Shown here piece after piece: positions 1 to 9,022 of a DNA stretch of 32,000 nucleotides. The stretch is taken from NCBI GenBank assembly GCA_049942775.1, contig CP188087.1:501872-533871 (forward strand). The letters run 5' to 3'. The notes under the pieces are model-generated. The model was not told the origin of the DNA and ran no database searches. It worked only from the letters and a program-made list of their open reading frames with translations. The translations under genes and the position numbers were made by a program. Within the stretch, counting starts at the first letter, position 1. Each line of letters opens with the position of its first letter. The DNA is from Candidatus Saccharimonadota bacterium (GTDB lineage: Bacteria; Pseudomonadota; Gammaproteobacteria; Enterobacterales; Enterobacteriaceae).

Positions 1-272
1 ATATCCTAATTACATACATAAATAATTTTTTTTAAAAAAGAAAAATTTTTAATAAATCAATTATTAACTAATCTCATAACTAATAATCAATACATTAAAT
101 TTAATATTCAAACAAAAAATTTTTTCCATATTAAGAATATGTTTTAAAATTTTTTCATAAAAAACAACTTAAACAATGTTTTTAAATATTTATTAAATAC
201 GTCTAAATAAAATAAATACATTTTTATATCTTTTAAACTCTAAAAACCAAAAAACAATATCCTCAAAAAAAA

Positions 273-1223
273 TTATTTTTTTATCATTTTATTCATAGTT
301 TTTTGGATAAAATATAAAGAACCTAAAAAATCGTTACTATCTAAGAAAAACAAATTTTTCCATCGTTTAGACCAAGTAATTTGCTTCTTAGCTAATTTTT
401 TAGTAGCCGCAATTGAACTACTTACCATTTCTTCATATGTTATTTCATTCAAAAAATATTTCCACATTTGTCTATACCCAATACATTTCATTGAAGGTAA
501 ATTAGGATTCAAATCACCTCTAGAAAAAAATCTTTTACATTCCAATTCTAAACCAGAAATTAACATATTTTTAAAACGAGATTCTATTTTTTTAAATAAT
601 GAATTTTTGTCAAATGGAAATAAAAAAAACTGTAAAACAGTATATGGAAAATTGTAAGGAACAGCATTAGAACACAAATTACTCAAAGTCTTTCTAGATT
701 TTAAAAAAACTTCAATAGCACGAAATATTCTTTTGTGATCGTTTTTATGAATTCTATTAGCTGAAATAGGATCAATAGATCTTAAATACTCATGTGAATA
801 TTGAGATTTCAATTTAATATTATTGTCTGTTTTAAAAAAATAACTTGAACCAGGAAGAGAAGATAAACCATTTAATAAAACTTTAAAATATAACATTGTT
901 CCACCAACTAAAATAGGAATTCGATGTCTAAAAAAAATTGTTTTTTCTATTTCTTTTAAAGCATCTTTTCTAAAATTTTCTATTGTATAAATATCAACTG
1001 GATCACAAATATTAATTAATTTATGAGGGTAATTTAATAAAATTTTATCATCTGGTTTATCTGTACCAATATTCATTCCTCTATAAATCAAAGCTGAATC
1101 AGCACTAATAATATCACAAGAAAAAAAATTAGATAATTGAATAGCCAATTTACTTTTTCCACTAGCTGTTGTGCCCATAATAAATACAACGATTGGCAAT
1201 TTATTTTCATCTATCATCTTCAT
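273..1223 (-). CDS. miaA: tRNA dimethylallyltransferase
   Basis: 316-aa ORF. It has the N-terminal P-loop GTTASGKS, then ISADSALIYRGMNIGTDKP and GGTMLYFK motifs typical of MiaA. Length is similar to enterobacterial MiaA. Confidence 0.93.
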   Translation of the reverse strand: MKMIDENKLPIVVFIMGTTASGKSKLAIQLSNFFSCDIISADSALIYRGMNIGTDKPDDKILLNYPHKLINICDPVDIYTIENFRKDALKEIEKTIFFRHRIPILVGGTMLYFKVLLNGLSSLPGSSYFFKTDNNIKLKSQYSHEYLRSIDPISANRIHKNDHKRIFRAIEVFLKSRKTLSNLCSNAVPYNFPYTVLQFFLFPFDKNSLFKKIESRFKNMLISGLELECKRFFSRGDLNPNLPSMKCIGYRQMWKYFLNEITYEEMVSSSIAATKKLAKKQITWSKRWKNLFFLDSNDFLGSLYFIQKTMNKMIKK

Positions 1224-1575
1224 AAAATTTTTATTACTTTTAAAAAATATATAAAATTTCTTTTTACAAAAAATATAAAAATCAAAATATTATCGATATT
1301 TATTTAAATTTTGTAACTAATTATTAACAAAAAAAACTAAAAATATAACTATATTAAGTTTTAAATATATATATAAAAATATGATCAATTAATTGATTTA
1401 ATTTAAATTAAAATTTAGATTTTTGAAAAAATATTTATATATAATTCAAAAAATTTTAAATTTAAATTAATTAATAGGAAAAATAAAATTTTAAATATTT
1501 AAATATAAAAAACAAAAAATAATCATTTTTTGTAAATATTTTAAATATTTTCAAAAAACATATTTGTTTATTAAT

Positions 1576-3231
1576 TTAACTAATCCAAGAAAAATAAGTA
1601 TTAATCAAATTTCTAGTAGAAGAATCATAATGAATAGAATTAGAAATTCTATTTGATTCTAAAGTCTTAAAAATATTATTTGCTACTTTTTTTCCTAATT
1701 CTACACCCCATTGATCAAAACTAAAAATATTAAATATTATTCCTTGAGTAAAAACTTTGTGTTCATAAATAGCTAATAATAATCCTAAATTATATGGAGT
1801 AATTTTATCGAATAAAAAAGAATTAGACGGTCTATTTCCTTCAAAAATACGAAATTGAATCATTCTATCTATTTCTTTTATTTCTATCTTTTCATTTAAT
1901 AATTCTTCTTTTAAAGTCTTTATAGACTTTCCAAAAGCTAAAGATTTTGTTTGAGCTAAAAAGTGAGAAAACAATCTTTTATGATGATCGAGTAATTTAT
2001 TATGTGTATTTACCGAAGCAATAAAATCAGAAGGTATAATTTTAGTTCCTTGATGCATCAATTGATAAAATGCATGTTGTCCATTAGTTCCGGCTTCTCC
2101 CCAAATAATTGGTCCTGTTTGCCAATTTACTTTCATTCCATTTCTATTTACTGATTTACCATTAGATTCCATGTTTAATTGCTGTAAATAAGTAGCTAAT
2201 TTATGCAAATTTTGATCATAGGCAAAAACAGCTTCTGTTTCATATTTAAAAAAATTATTATACCAAATTCCAATCAATGCTAGTATAACAGGGATATTTC
2301 TTTCCAAATCTGTAGTTAAAAAATGCTTATCCATAGCATGTGCACCAGATAATAAATCAACAAAATTTTTAAAACCAATAGAAAGTATTATACTAAGTCC
2401 AATTGAAGACCATAAAGAATAACGGCCTCCAACCCAATCCCAAAACTCAAAATAATAATCTTTAATTATTCCAAATTTTACCACTTCTAAGAAATTCATT
2501 GATAATGCTATAAAATGTTTGCTGATAAATTGAGCATTTCCTGTTTTTTCTAAAAACCAATTTCTTGCTGTATAAGCATTTATCATAGTTTCTTCTGTAG
2601 TAAATGTTTTAGATGCTATTAAAAATAATGTAGTTTTCGGATTAATTTTTTTTAAAACTTGACTAATATGAGTACCATCTATATTGGACACAAAATGTAC
2701 ATTTAAATGATTTCTGTATGGAGATAAAGCATCTATAATCATATTCGGTCCTAAACTAGAACCACCTATTCCAATATTTACTATATCTGTTATTGTTTTT
2801 CCTGTATATCCTTTGATGTGACCTGAAATAACTTCTTCTGAAAATTGATTCATTTTTTTTAAAACATAATTTACTTTAGGAACAATATTTTCTCCATTTA
2901 CTAAAATAGATTTTTTATCTTTATTTCTTAAAGCGATATGTAAAACTGATCTATTTTCTGTAAAATTAATTTTATTACCGTCGAACATTGACTGAATTTC
3001 TTTTTCTAAATTCATCTCTCTTGCTAATTGTATCAAATAAGTGATTGTACATTTTGTAATTTTATTTTTAGAAAAGTCTATTAACATTTTATTTTTAAAG
3101 AAAAAAGAAAAATTATCAAAACGAGAAGAATCGTCTTTAAACAAATCTTTTAAATGAATATTTTTTATTTCGTTAAAATGTAATTTTAAATTTTTCCAAG
3201 ACTGAGTAGAAATAGGATCAATATATTTCAT
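1576..3231 (-). CDS. pgi: glucose-6-phosphate isomerase
   Basis: 551-aa ORF with the phosphoglucose isomerase signatures [17 protein letters not shown] and [15 protein letters not shown]. Length is close to E. coli Pgi. Confidence 0.95.
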   Translation of the reverse strand: MKYIDPISTQSWKNLKLHFNEIKNIHLKDLFKDDSSRFDNFSFFFKNKMLIDFSKNKITKCTITYLIQLAREMNLEKEIQSMFDGNKINFTENRSVLHIALRNKDKKSILVNGENIVPKVNYVLKKMNQFSEEVISGHIKGYTGKTITDIVNIGIGGSSLGPNMIIDALSPYRNHLNVHFVSNIDGTHISQVLKKINPKTTLFLIASKTFTTEETMINAYTARNWFLEKTGNAQFISKHFIALSMNFLEVVKFGIIKDYYFEFWDWVGGRYSLWSSIGLSIILSIGFKNFVDLLSGAHAMDKHFLTTDLERNIPVILALIGIWYNNFFKYETEAVFAYDQNLHKLATYLQQLNMESNGKSVNRNGMKVNWQTGPIIWGEAGTNGQHAFYQLMHQGTKIIPSDFIASVNTHNKLLDHHKRLFSHFLAQTKSLAFGKSIKTLKEELLNEKIEIKEIDRMIQFRIFEGNRPSNSFLFDKITPYNLGLLLAIYEHKVFTQGIIFNIFSFDQWGVELGKKVANNIFKTLESNRISNSIHYDSSTRNLINTYFSWIS

Positions 3232-3760
3232 ATTTTAGTTCTCATAAAATATTTAAAAAAATCAAGTTTTAAATAATTAAAAAAATATTTTTTAGCAATC
3301 ATAAAAATTCTATTTTTTATAAATTAAAATTCTTTTTGTTCTTACTTTGATTTTATCATTAAAATTTATATTTATTTAAATAAATACTAATTTTATTTTT
3401 ATCAATGAGAAAAATTTTTTAAAGAAATTAAAATAGCAAATTTAAAAAATTATTACTTGTTACAAAAATGTTTTCTTAATATTAAAAAAGAAAAATTCTA
3501 AGTTAGTTTTTTAAAAAAAATTTTGTCAACAAAATAAAACATAATTTTAAACTAGTTGCTAATAATACAATATTAAAATATTGTTATTCATATAATACAT
3601 CTAATAAAAAAATTTAGTTTTAAAAAATTGATTTCAATTATTTTTTCTTAAAAAAAACAATACTTACAAAAAATTTAATAATTTTCTTTTAATTTACAAA
3701 ATTTTATTTAACAATAAATTTTTTATCTAAAGTGTTATTATATTTTAAAAAAATAAAAAA

Positions 3761-4303
3761 ATGAAAATTAATAAAAAAAATTTAATTTGGATAGATTTAG
3801 AAATGACCGGGTTAAATCCAGAAAAAAATAAAATACTTGAAATAGCAACTGTAGTAACTAATTATAAATTAAAAATAATGGACGAAGGACCACTAATTCC
3901 TATTTTTCAAAAAAAAAAAGAAATTAAAAAAATGAAAAAACCAATTTTTGAAATGCACAAAAAAAATGGATTAATAAAAAGAGTCAAAAATAGTTCTTTT
4001 AATGAAAATCAAGCAGAAAATTTAACTATTAATTTTTTAAAAAAATGGGTTCCCAAAAATATGTCACCAATGTGCGGAAATACTATTGCACAAGATAGAA
4101 GATTCTTATTTAAATATATGCCAAAGTTAGAACAATATTTTCATTATAGATATATTGACGTTAGTACAATTAAAGAATTAATGCTCCGATGGAAATCAAA
4201 AAAAATAAAAACTAAAAAAAAAAAAACTCACTCGGCATTAATCGATATTTATGAATCTATAGAAGAATTAAAATTATATCGAAAACATTTTTTTAAATTT
4301 TAA
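3761..4303 (+). CDS. orn: oligoribonuclease
   Basis: 180-aa ORF. It has the DEDDh exonuclease motif LIWIDLEMTGL near the N-terminus and a C-terminal H-x4-D (HSALIDIYESI). tRNA-Gly(GCC) follows it, as downstream of E. coli orn. Confidence 0.9.
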   Translation: MKINKKNLIWIDLEMTGLNPEKNKILEIATVVTNYKLKIMDEGPLIPIFQKKKEIKKMKKPIFEMHKKNGLIKRVKNSSFNENQAENLTINFLKKWVPKNMSPMCGNTIAQDRRFLFKYMPKLEQYFHYRYIDVSTIKELMLRWKSKKIKTKKKKTHSALIDIYESIEELKLYRKHFFKF

Positions 4304-4390
4304 TTAAATTCAAAAAAAATCTTTAAAGAAACCTATCTTGCAAAAAAAAATTGTCTAACATATAATACTTATTTGTATTTTTTATTTTAT

Positions 4391-4463
4391 GCGGGGATAA
4401 CTCAGTTGGTAGAGTACAACCTTGCCAAGGTTGAAGTCGCGAGTTCGAATCTCGTTCCCCGCT
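4391..4463 (+). tRNA. tRNA-Gly (anticodon GCC)
   Basis: Hand-folded cloverleaf. Acceptor is GCGGGGA/TCCCCGC, anticodon arm CAACC-TTGCCAA-GGTTG, T arm GCGAG-TTCGAAT-CTCGT. No CCA is encoded. Confidence 0.93.
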
Positions 4464-4488
4464 AATAATTTTTAAAAATTTTTAGAAC

Positions 4489-4692
4489 TTAGAAAAAATT
4501 GAATTTTTTATTAAATTTTTCAATTCTACCTCCTGTATCAGCATTTCTTTGTTTTCCGGTGTAAAATGGATGACACTCCGAACAAACATCTAAATGAATA
4601 TTTTTTCCAATTGTAGAAAAAATTTTTCTTTTACTACCACAAGAACAAAAAGCCACAACTTCGCTATAATTCGGATGAATTTTTTTTTTCAT
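4489..4692 (-). CDS. rpmE: 50S ribosomal protein L31
   Basis: MKKKIHPNY...CSCG...[13 protein letters not shown] matches L31, including the zinc-ribbon cysteines. I place the start at the ATG at 4690-4692. The ORF track extends two codons further to a TTG at 4698. Confidence 0.92.
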   Translation of the reverse strand: MKKKIHPNYSEVVAFCSCGSKRKIFSTIGKNIHLDVCSECHPFYTGKQRNADTGGRIEKFNKKFNFF

Positions 4693-4755
4693 TATCAACC
4701 CTTTAATTTAATTATTATTAATTATTTTTATTTAAAATTAAAAAAATAAAATTTT

Positions 4756-4805
4756 AATTTATTAAAAATAAAAATCTAAAAATTTATTAAAAATAAAAAT
4801 CTAAA
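4756..4805. repeat. Perfect tandem duplication of a 25-bp AT-rich unit (AATTTATTAAAAATAAAAATCTAAA x2, with a partial third copy to about 4817)
   Basis: Direct reading shows 4756-4780 identical to 4781-4805. It lies in the divergent rpmE/hslV spacer. Confidence 0.9.
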
Positions 4806-4866
4806 AAAAAATTTATTGATTAAATTTTGTAATCTAAATAAAATTTACATAATATAAAAAATATAG

Positions 4867-4892
4867 AAAAAAAAAAAAAAAAAAAAAAAAAA
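4867..4892. repeat. Poly(A) homopolymer, 26 nt
   Basis: Counted directly as an uninterrupted A run from 4867 to 4892, in the rpmE-hslV intergenic region. Confidence 0.95.
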
Positions 4893-4979
4893 TAACTGCT
4901 TATTTTTTTTATTAAAATTTGATTAAATTTTAATAAAAAAAATAATTTAAAAAAAATACTTTTTAAAGAAATCTTATTT

Positions 4980-5510
4980 ATGACAACAATTCTAAGTCTT
5001 AGAAAAAACAAAAAAGTAGTTATTGGCGGTGATGGACAAGCTACTTTAGGTAATACAATTATGAAAAGCAACGTAAAAAAAATAAGATCACTCTATCATA
5101 ACAAAATCATTGCTGGTTTTGCTGGTGGAACAGCTGATGCTTTTACTTTATTTGAACTTTTTGAACAAAAATTAGAAATATATCAAGGTCAAATAAAGAG
5201 ATCCGCAATAGAATTAGCAAAAGATTGGAGAAGTGATCGAATTTTAAGAAAATTAGAAGCATTACTTGCTGTTGCTGATAATAAAAATTCATTAATAATA
5301 ACAGGAAACGGAGATGTTATACAACCAGAAGATGATTTAATCGCCATAGGATCTGGCGGATCATTCGCACAAGCAGCGGCTCGTGCATTATTAGATAACA
5401 CAAATCTAGAACCATCAGAAATAGTAAAAAAATCATTAAATATTGCTGCAAATATTTGTATATATACTAATCACAACATTCTTATTAAAGAATTACCTTC
5501 AGAAAAGTAA
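4980..5510 (+). CDS. hslV: ATP-dependent protease subunit HslV
   Basis: 176-aa ORF beginning MTTILSLRK, so the catalytic Thr follows the initiator Met. [14 protein letters not shown] and GSGG motifs are present. hslU follows immediately. Confidence 0.95.
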   Translation: MTTILSLRKNKKVVIGGDGQATLGNTIMKSNVKKIRSLYHNKIIAGFAGGTADAFTLFELFEQKLEIYQGQIKRSAIELAKDWRSDRILRKLEALLAVADNKNSLIITGNGDVIQPEDDLIAIGSGGSFAQAAARALLDNTNLEPSEIVKKSLNIAANICIYTNHNILIKELPSEK

Positions 5511-5520
5511 GGATCACTCT

Positions 5521-6864
5521 ATGTCTGAAATGACTCCTAGAGAAATTGTACAAGAACTTAATAAATACATTATTGGTCAAGAAACTGCAAAAAGAGCAGT
5601 ATCAATTGCGCTTCGAAACCGATGGCGTCGCATGCAGTTAAATAATGAATTAAAAAATGAAATCACCCCAAAAAATATATTAATGATAGGGCCAACGGGG
5701 GTTGGTAAAACAGAAATTGCTAGAAGATTAGCAAAATTAGCTAATGCACCTTTTATAAAAGTAGAAGCTACCAAATTTACTGAAATAGGATATGTTGGAA
5801 AAGAAGTAGATTCAATAATTAGAGATTTAACCGATTCAGCTATAAAGATGATTCGAATACAAGAAATAAAAAAAAATAAAAAAAAAGCAATAAAATTGGC
5901 TGAAGAAAGAATATTAGATGTTCTCGTTCCATTACCAAAACAGAATTGGGAAAAAAACGAATCTGAAAAAAAACCAGAATCTACAATACAAATATTTAGA
6001 AAAAAACTACAAGAAGGAAAACTAAAAGATAAAGAAATTGAAATTAATGTTGCTGCAATACCTGTTGGAGTTGAAATTATGGCTCCTCCTGGAATGGAAG
6101 AACTAACTAATCAATTGCAATCTTTGTTTCAAAATTTGAGTGGTAGAAAAAAAAATAGAAGAAAGCTAAAAATTAAAGATGCAATGAAATTATTAGTAGA
6201 AGAAGAAGCTGCTAAACTCGTCAATTTAGAAGATATAAAACAAAAAGCAATTAATGCTGTAGAGCAGCATGGAATTGTATTTATTGATGAAATAGATAAA
6301 GTATGTAAGAGAGGAAATTCTTCTTCTAATGGAACAGATGTCTCAAGAGAAGGAGTACAAAGAGATTTGCTTCCTTTAGTAGAAGGTTGTACTGTTTCTA
6401 CAAAACATGGAATGGTAAAAACTGACCATATTTTATTTATTGCCTCTGGAGCATTTCAAATCGCAACTCCAGCTGATTTGATTCCAGAATTGCAAGGACG
6501 TCTTCCTATTAGAGTAGAGTTAAAAGCATTGACAATAGAGGATTTTGAAAGGATATTAACAGAACCTAATGCTTCTATTACAGTTCAATACAAAGCACTT
6601 TTAAAAACTGAAGGAATAAATATTAATTTTACTACAGAAGGAATAAGAGCTATTGCAGAAGCTGCTTGGAAAGTAAATGAATCTATGGAAAATATAGGAG
6701 CTAGAAGATTACATACAATCTTAGAAAAATTAATGGAAGATATTTCTTTTTATGGATTAGAAAAATATAGTTCAACTGAAGAAATTAAAATAGACCCATC
6801 TTATGTAGGAAAGCATTTAAATAAATTAGTATTTAATAAAGATTTAAGTAGATTTATTCTATAA
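5521..6864 (+). CDS. hslU: ATP-dependent protease ATPase subunit HslU
   Basis: [20 protein letters not shown] is the canonical HslU N-terminus, and Walker A GPTGVGKT and Walker B VFIDEIDK are present. I start at the ATG at 5521, 11 nt after the hslV stop. The track ORF start at 5443 lies inside hslV. Confidence 0.95.
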   Translation: MSEMTPREIVQELNKYIIGQETAKRAVSIALRNRWRRMQLNNELKNEITPKNILMIGPTGVGKTEIARRLAKLANAPFIKVEATKFTEIGYVGKEVDSIIRDLTDSAIKMIRIQEIKKNKKKAIKLAEERILDVLVPLPKQNWEKNESEKKPESTIQIFRKKLQEGKLKDKEIEINVAAIPVGVEIMAPPGMEELTNQLQSLFQNLSGRKKNRRKLKIKDAMKLLVEEEAAKLVNLEDIKQKAINAVEQHGIVFIDEIDKVCKRGNSSSNGTDVSREGVQRDLLPLVEGCTVSTKHGMVKTDHILFIASGAFQIATPADLIPELQGRLPIRVELKALTIEDFERILTEPNASITVQYKALLKTEGININFTTEGIRAIAEAAWKVNESMENIGARRLHTILEKLMEDISFYGLEKYSSTEEIKIDPSYVGKHLNKLVFNKDLSRFIL

Positions 6865-6910
6865 TCATTAGATGTTAAAAATAATTGACAATTCCTTTAG
6901 AATATTTTTT

Positions 6911-6938
6911 ACCTATCTTCAAAACAATTAAGATAGGT
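6911..6938. other. 9-bp perfect stem-loop (ACCTATCTT-loop-AAGATAGGT) in the hslU-fpr spacer
   Basis: The inverted repeat was read directly at 6911-6919 and 6930-6938. A T6 run precedes it and there is no clean T-tract after it on the + strand, so a terminator role for hslU is uncertain. Confidence 0.35.
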
Positions 6939-6968
6939 AATTATTAAAAAAAATAGAGAACAAATAAA

Positions 6969-7727
6969 ATGAATTGGATAATTGGAAAAATATATAAAAT
7001 AAAAAGATGGAATGAAAAATTATTTACTTTAATTATTCATGCTTCTATTGATCCTTTTAAGGCAGGACAATTTACTAAATTGGCTATTTTTGATAATAAA
7101 AAAAAAAAAATATCTATTCAAAGAGCTTATTCTTTTGTAAATCCTCCAAAAAAAAAAAATTTAGAATTTTATATTCTATTAATTCCTAACGGAAAACTAA
7201 CTAATTATTTGTATAATTTAAAACCATCAGAAAAAATTTTAATAAGTAAAAATTCGTTTGGTTTTTTTACAATAGATAAAATTAAAAATTGTGAAAATTT
7301 ATGGATGATTTCAACAGGTACAGGTATTGGTCCTTATATTTCGATATTACAAGATAATATATGGAAAACAAAATTTAAAAGAGTTATTATTGTTAATGCA
7401 GTAAGATATAAAAGTGATTTAATTTATTTACCAATATTAAAGAAGATAAAAAAAGAAAACAAAGAAAGAATAAAAATAATTACAATTATTAGTAGAGAAA
7501 AATTTTCTAATAAACAAATCTTAAAAAAAAGAATACCTAATTTAATTAAAAACAACATTTTGGAAGAAAAAGTTGGAATAAAAATTAATTCAGAAAATTC
7601 ACATGTAATGTTATGTGGTAATCCAAACATGGTTAGAGAAACAAAACAAATATTACAAGAAGAAAAAAAGTTAACAAAAAATTTAATAAGAAAACCTGGA
7701 CAAATTACTACAGAAAACTATTGGTAA
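6969..7727 (+). CDS. fpr: ferredoxin/flavodoxin-NADP+ reductase
   Basis: 252-aa ORF. It has the FAD-binding RAYSFVN motif and the NADP-binding STGTGIGP motif, and ends in ENYW as Fpr does. The N-terminus is alignable to E. coli Fpr (W..GK...W.....F.L..HA....F.AGQFTKL). Confidence 0.9.
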   Translation: MNWIIGKIYKIKRWNEKLFTLIIHASIDPFKAGQFTKLAIFDNKKKKISIQRAYSFVNPPKKKNLEFYILLIPNGKLTNYLYNLKPSEKILISKNSFGFFTIDKIKNCENLWMISTGTGIGPYISILQDNIWKTKFKRVIIVNAVRYKSDLIYLPILKKIKKENKERIKIITIISREKFSNKQILKKRIPNLIKNNILEEKVGIKINSENSHVMLCGNPNMVRETKQILQEEKKLTKNLIRKPGQITTENYW

Positions 7728-7846
7728 TTTAGTTATGTATAAATTTTTTTTTAAATTATTTTTTCGAAAGAATCTTATTTATAGATAATTTTTTTAAAAT
7801 AATTTAAAAATAAATCAATTAATTTAAAATTAAATAAAACCTCTTA

Positions 7847-8842
7847 TTAACTTTTTTTAATTGGAAAAGTAAGAACATTATTTATGTTCTTTGAATTTGT
7901 TAAAATCATAATTAATCTATCTATCCCAATAGCAATTCCAGAATATAAAAAATTAGTTTTTTTAATTGAATTAACAAAAAATTTATCAATAGAATAAACA
8001 GATAATCCTATTTTTTTTCGAGATAAATTATGATTTTCAAAAATTTCTTTTTGACGATCAAAATCAGTTAATTCTTCGCAACCATTACCTAACTCTAAAC
8101 CTTTAAAAAAAACTTCAAATCTATTAGCTAACCTAGAATCATTAGAGTTTATAATCGAATTTTGAGACTGAGAAGCAGGATAATGATATACTATAATTGG
8201 ATTTTCAAGTCCTAAAACAGGTTCTATAGCCAGCGAAAAAATTAATTCTAATAAATGATCATTGTTTATTTCAGTTTTATTTTTTAAGTTAATATTCGAA
8301 AAAATAACATCATCTTGAATTCCAAGATTTTTAGATTTTTCTATTAAATCTTTTTTGGAAACCGATAAAGGGTCAATTCCAATTACGTTAAGATAAATGT
8401 TTCTGTAAGAGATTGTTTCTACAAATTTACAACATAAAATTTTTTTTAAAAAAAAAGTTACCTCTTCAATTAAATTGAACATATTATACTTTGGACGATA
8501 CCATTCTAGAATAGTAAATTCTGGATTATGATAGTTTCCAATTTCCCCATTTCTAAAACTATGACAAATTTGATATATTGATCCACTACCTTCTGAAATC
8601 ATACGTTTCATATGATACTCTGGACTAGTTATCAACCACATTTTTTTTTTTTTTTTACAATAAGATTTTTTTCCTACTTCAGTAATAAAATGAGTTTTAA
8701 AAGAACTTAAATGAACTTCAGTAGTTCTATAATTAGAAATTAAAGGAGTTTCTACTTCTAAAACATCTAAATTCAAAAAAAATCTTCTTATGCTTGATAT
8801 AATTTCAGCTCTTTTTTTTATTTTTTTAAACAAAGTGTTCAT
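7847..8842 (-). CDS. epmA: elongation factor P--(R)-beta-lysine ligase (LysRS-like, GenX/PoxA)
   Basis: 331-aa ORF with class II aaRS-like motifs: FLNLDVLEVETPLIS, FRNGE, EFTILEWY, and GIAIGIDRLIM at the C-terminus. It has no anticodon-binding domain, which fits EpmA rather than LysS. Confidence 0.88.
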   Translation of the reverse strand: MNTLFKKIKKRAEIISSIRRFFLNLDVLEVETPLISNYRTTEVHLSSFKTHFITEVGKKSYCKKKKKMWLITSPEYHMKRMISEGSGSIYQICHSFRNGEIGNYHNPEFTILEWYRPKYNMFNLIEEVTFFLKKILCCKFVETISYRNIYLNVIGIDPLSVSKKDLIEKSKNLGIQDDVIFSNINLKNKTEINNDHLLELIFSLAIEPVLGLENPIIVYHYPASQSQNSIINSNDSRLANRFEVFFKGLELGNGCEELTDFDRQKEIFENHNLSRKKIGLSVYSIDKFFVNSIKKTNFLYSGIAIGIDRLIMILTNSKNINNVLTFPIKKS

Positions 8843-8921
8843 ATGTGTTATTTTAATTAATTATGTTTTATAATTTTTTTATTTATAAAAAAGTATTTAA
8901 TAAATATCATTTATGAAGTAT

Positions 8922-8951
8922 ATCATAGTTCGTAGAAAATCGAACTATGAT
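8922..8951. other. 11-bp perfect stem-loop (ATCATAGTTCG-TAGAAAAT-CGAACTATGAT)
   Basis: Read directly. It lies on the minus-strand transcript between the stop of the 481-aa ORF (9023) and the epmA start (8842). No adjacent T-tract is present. Confidence 0.4.
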
Positions 8952-9022
8952 CTTGAATTTCATAAAATATATTTATATTTTTCTATTAATTTATTTAAAT
9001 AATTTAAAGAAGAAATATTTAT

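Noticed and set aside
4820-5071. Short ORFs antisense to or overlapping real genes: 4820-5071(-), 5189-5401(-), 5577-5774(-), 7424-7630(-), 9787-9972(-), 9966-10184(+), 14133-14336(+), 15343-15582(+), 16093-16290(+), 17841-18083(+), 18552-18764(+), 19008-19322(+), 19871-20068(-), 27278-27478(-).
   Set aside because: Each lies within or antisense to a well-supported conserved gene. Their products are low-complexity Phe/Ile/Leu/Lys-rich or Pro/Ser-rich sequences typical of antisense frames, with no motifs.
5443-5520. A longer hslU start at 5443, as in the ORF track.
   Set aside because: The extension overlaps the end of hslV and encodes a hydrophobic junk peptide. The conserved HslU N-terminus [10 protein letters not shown] begins at the ATG at 5521, just after the hslV stop.
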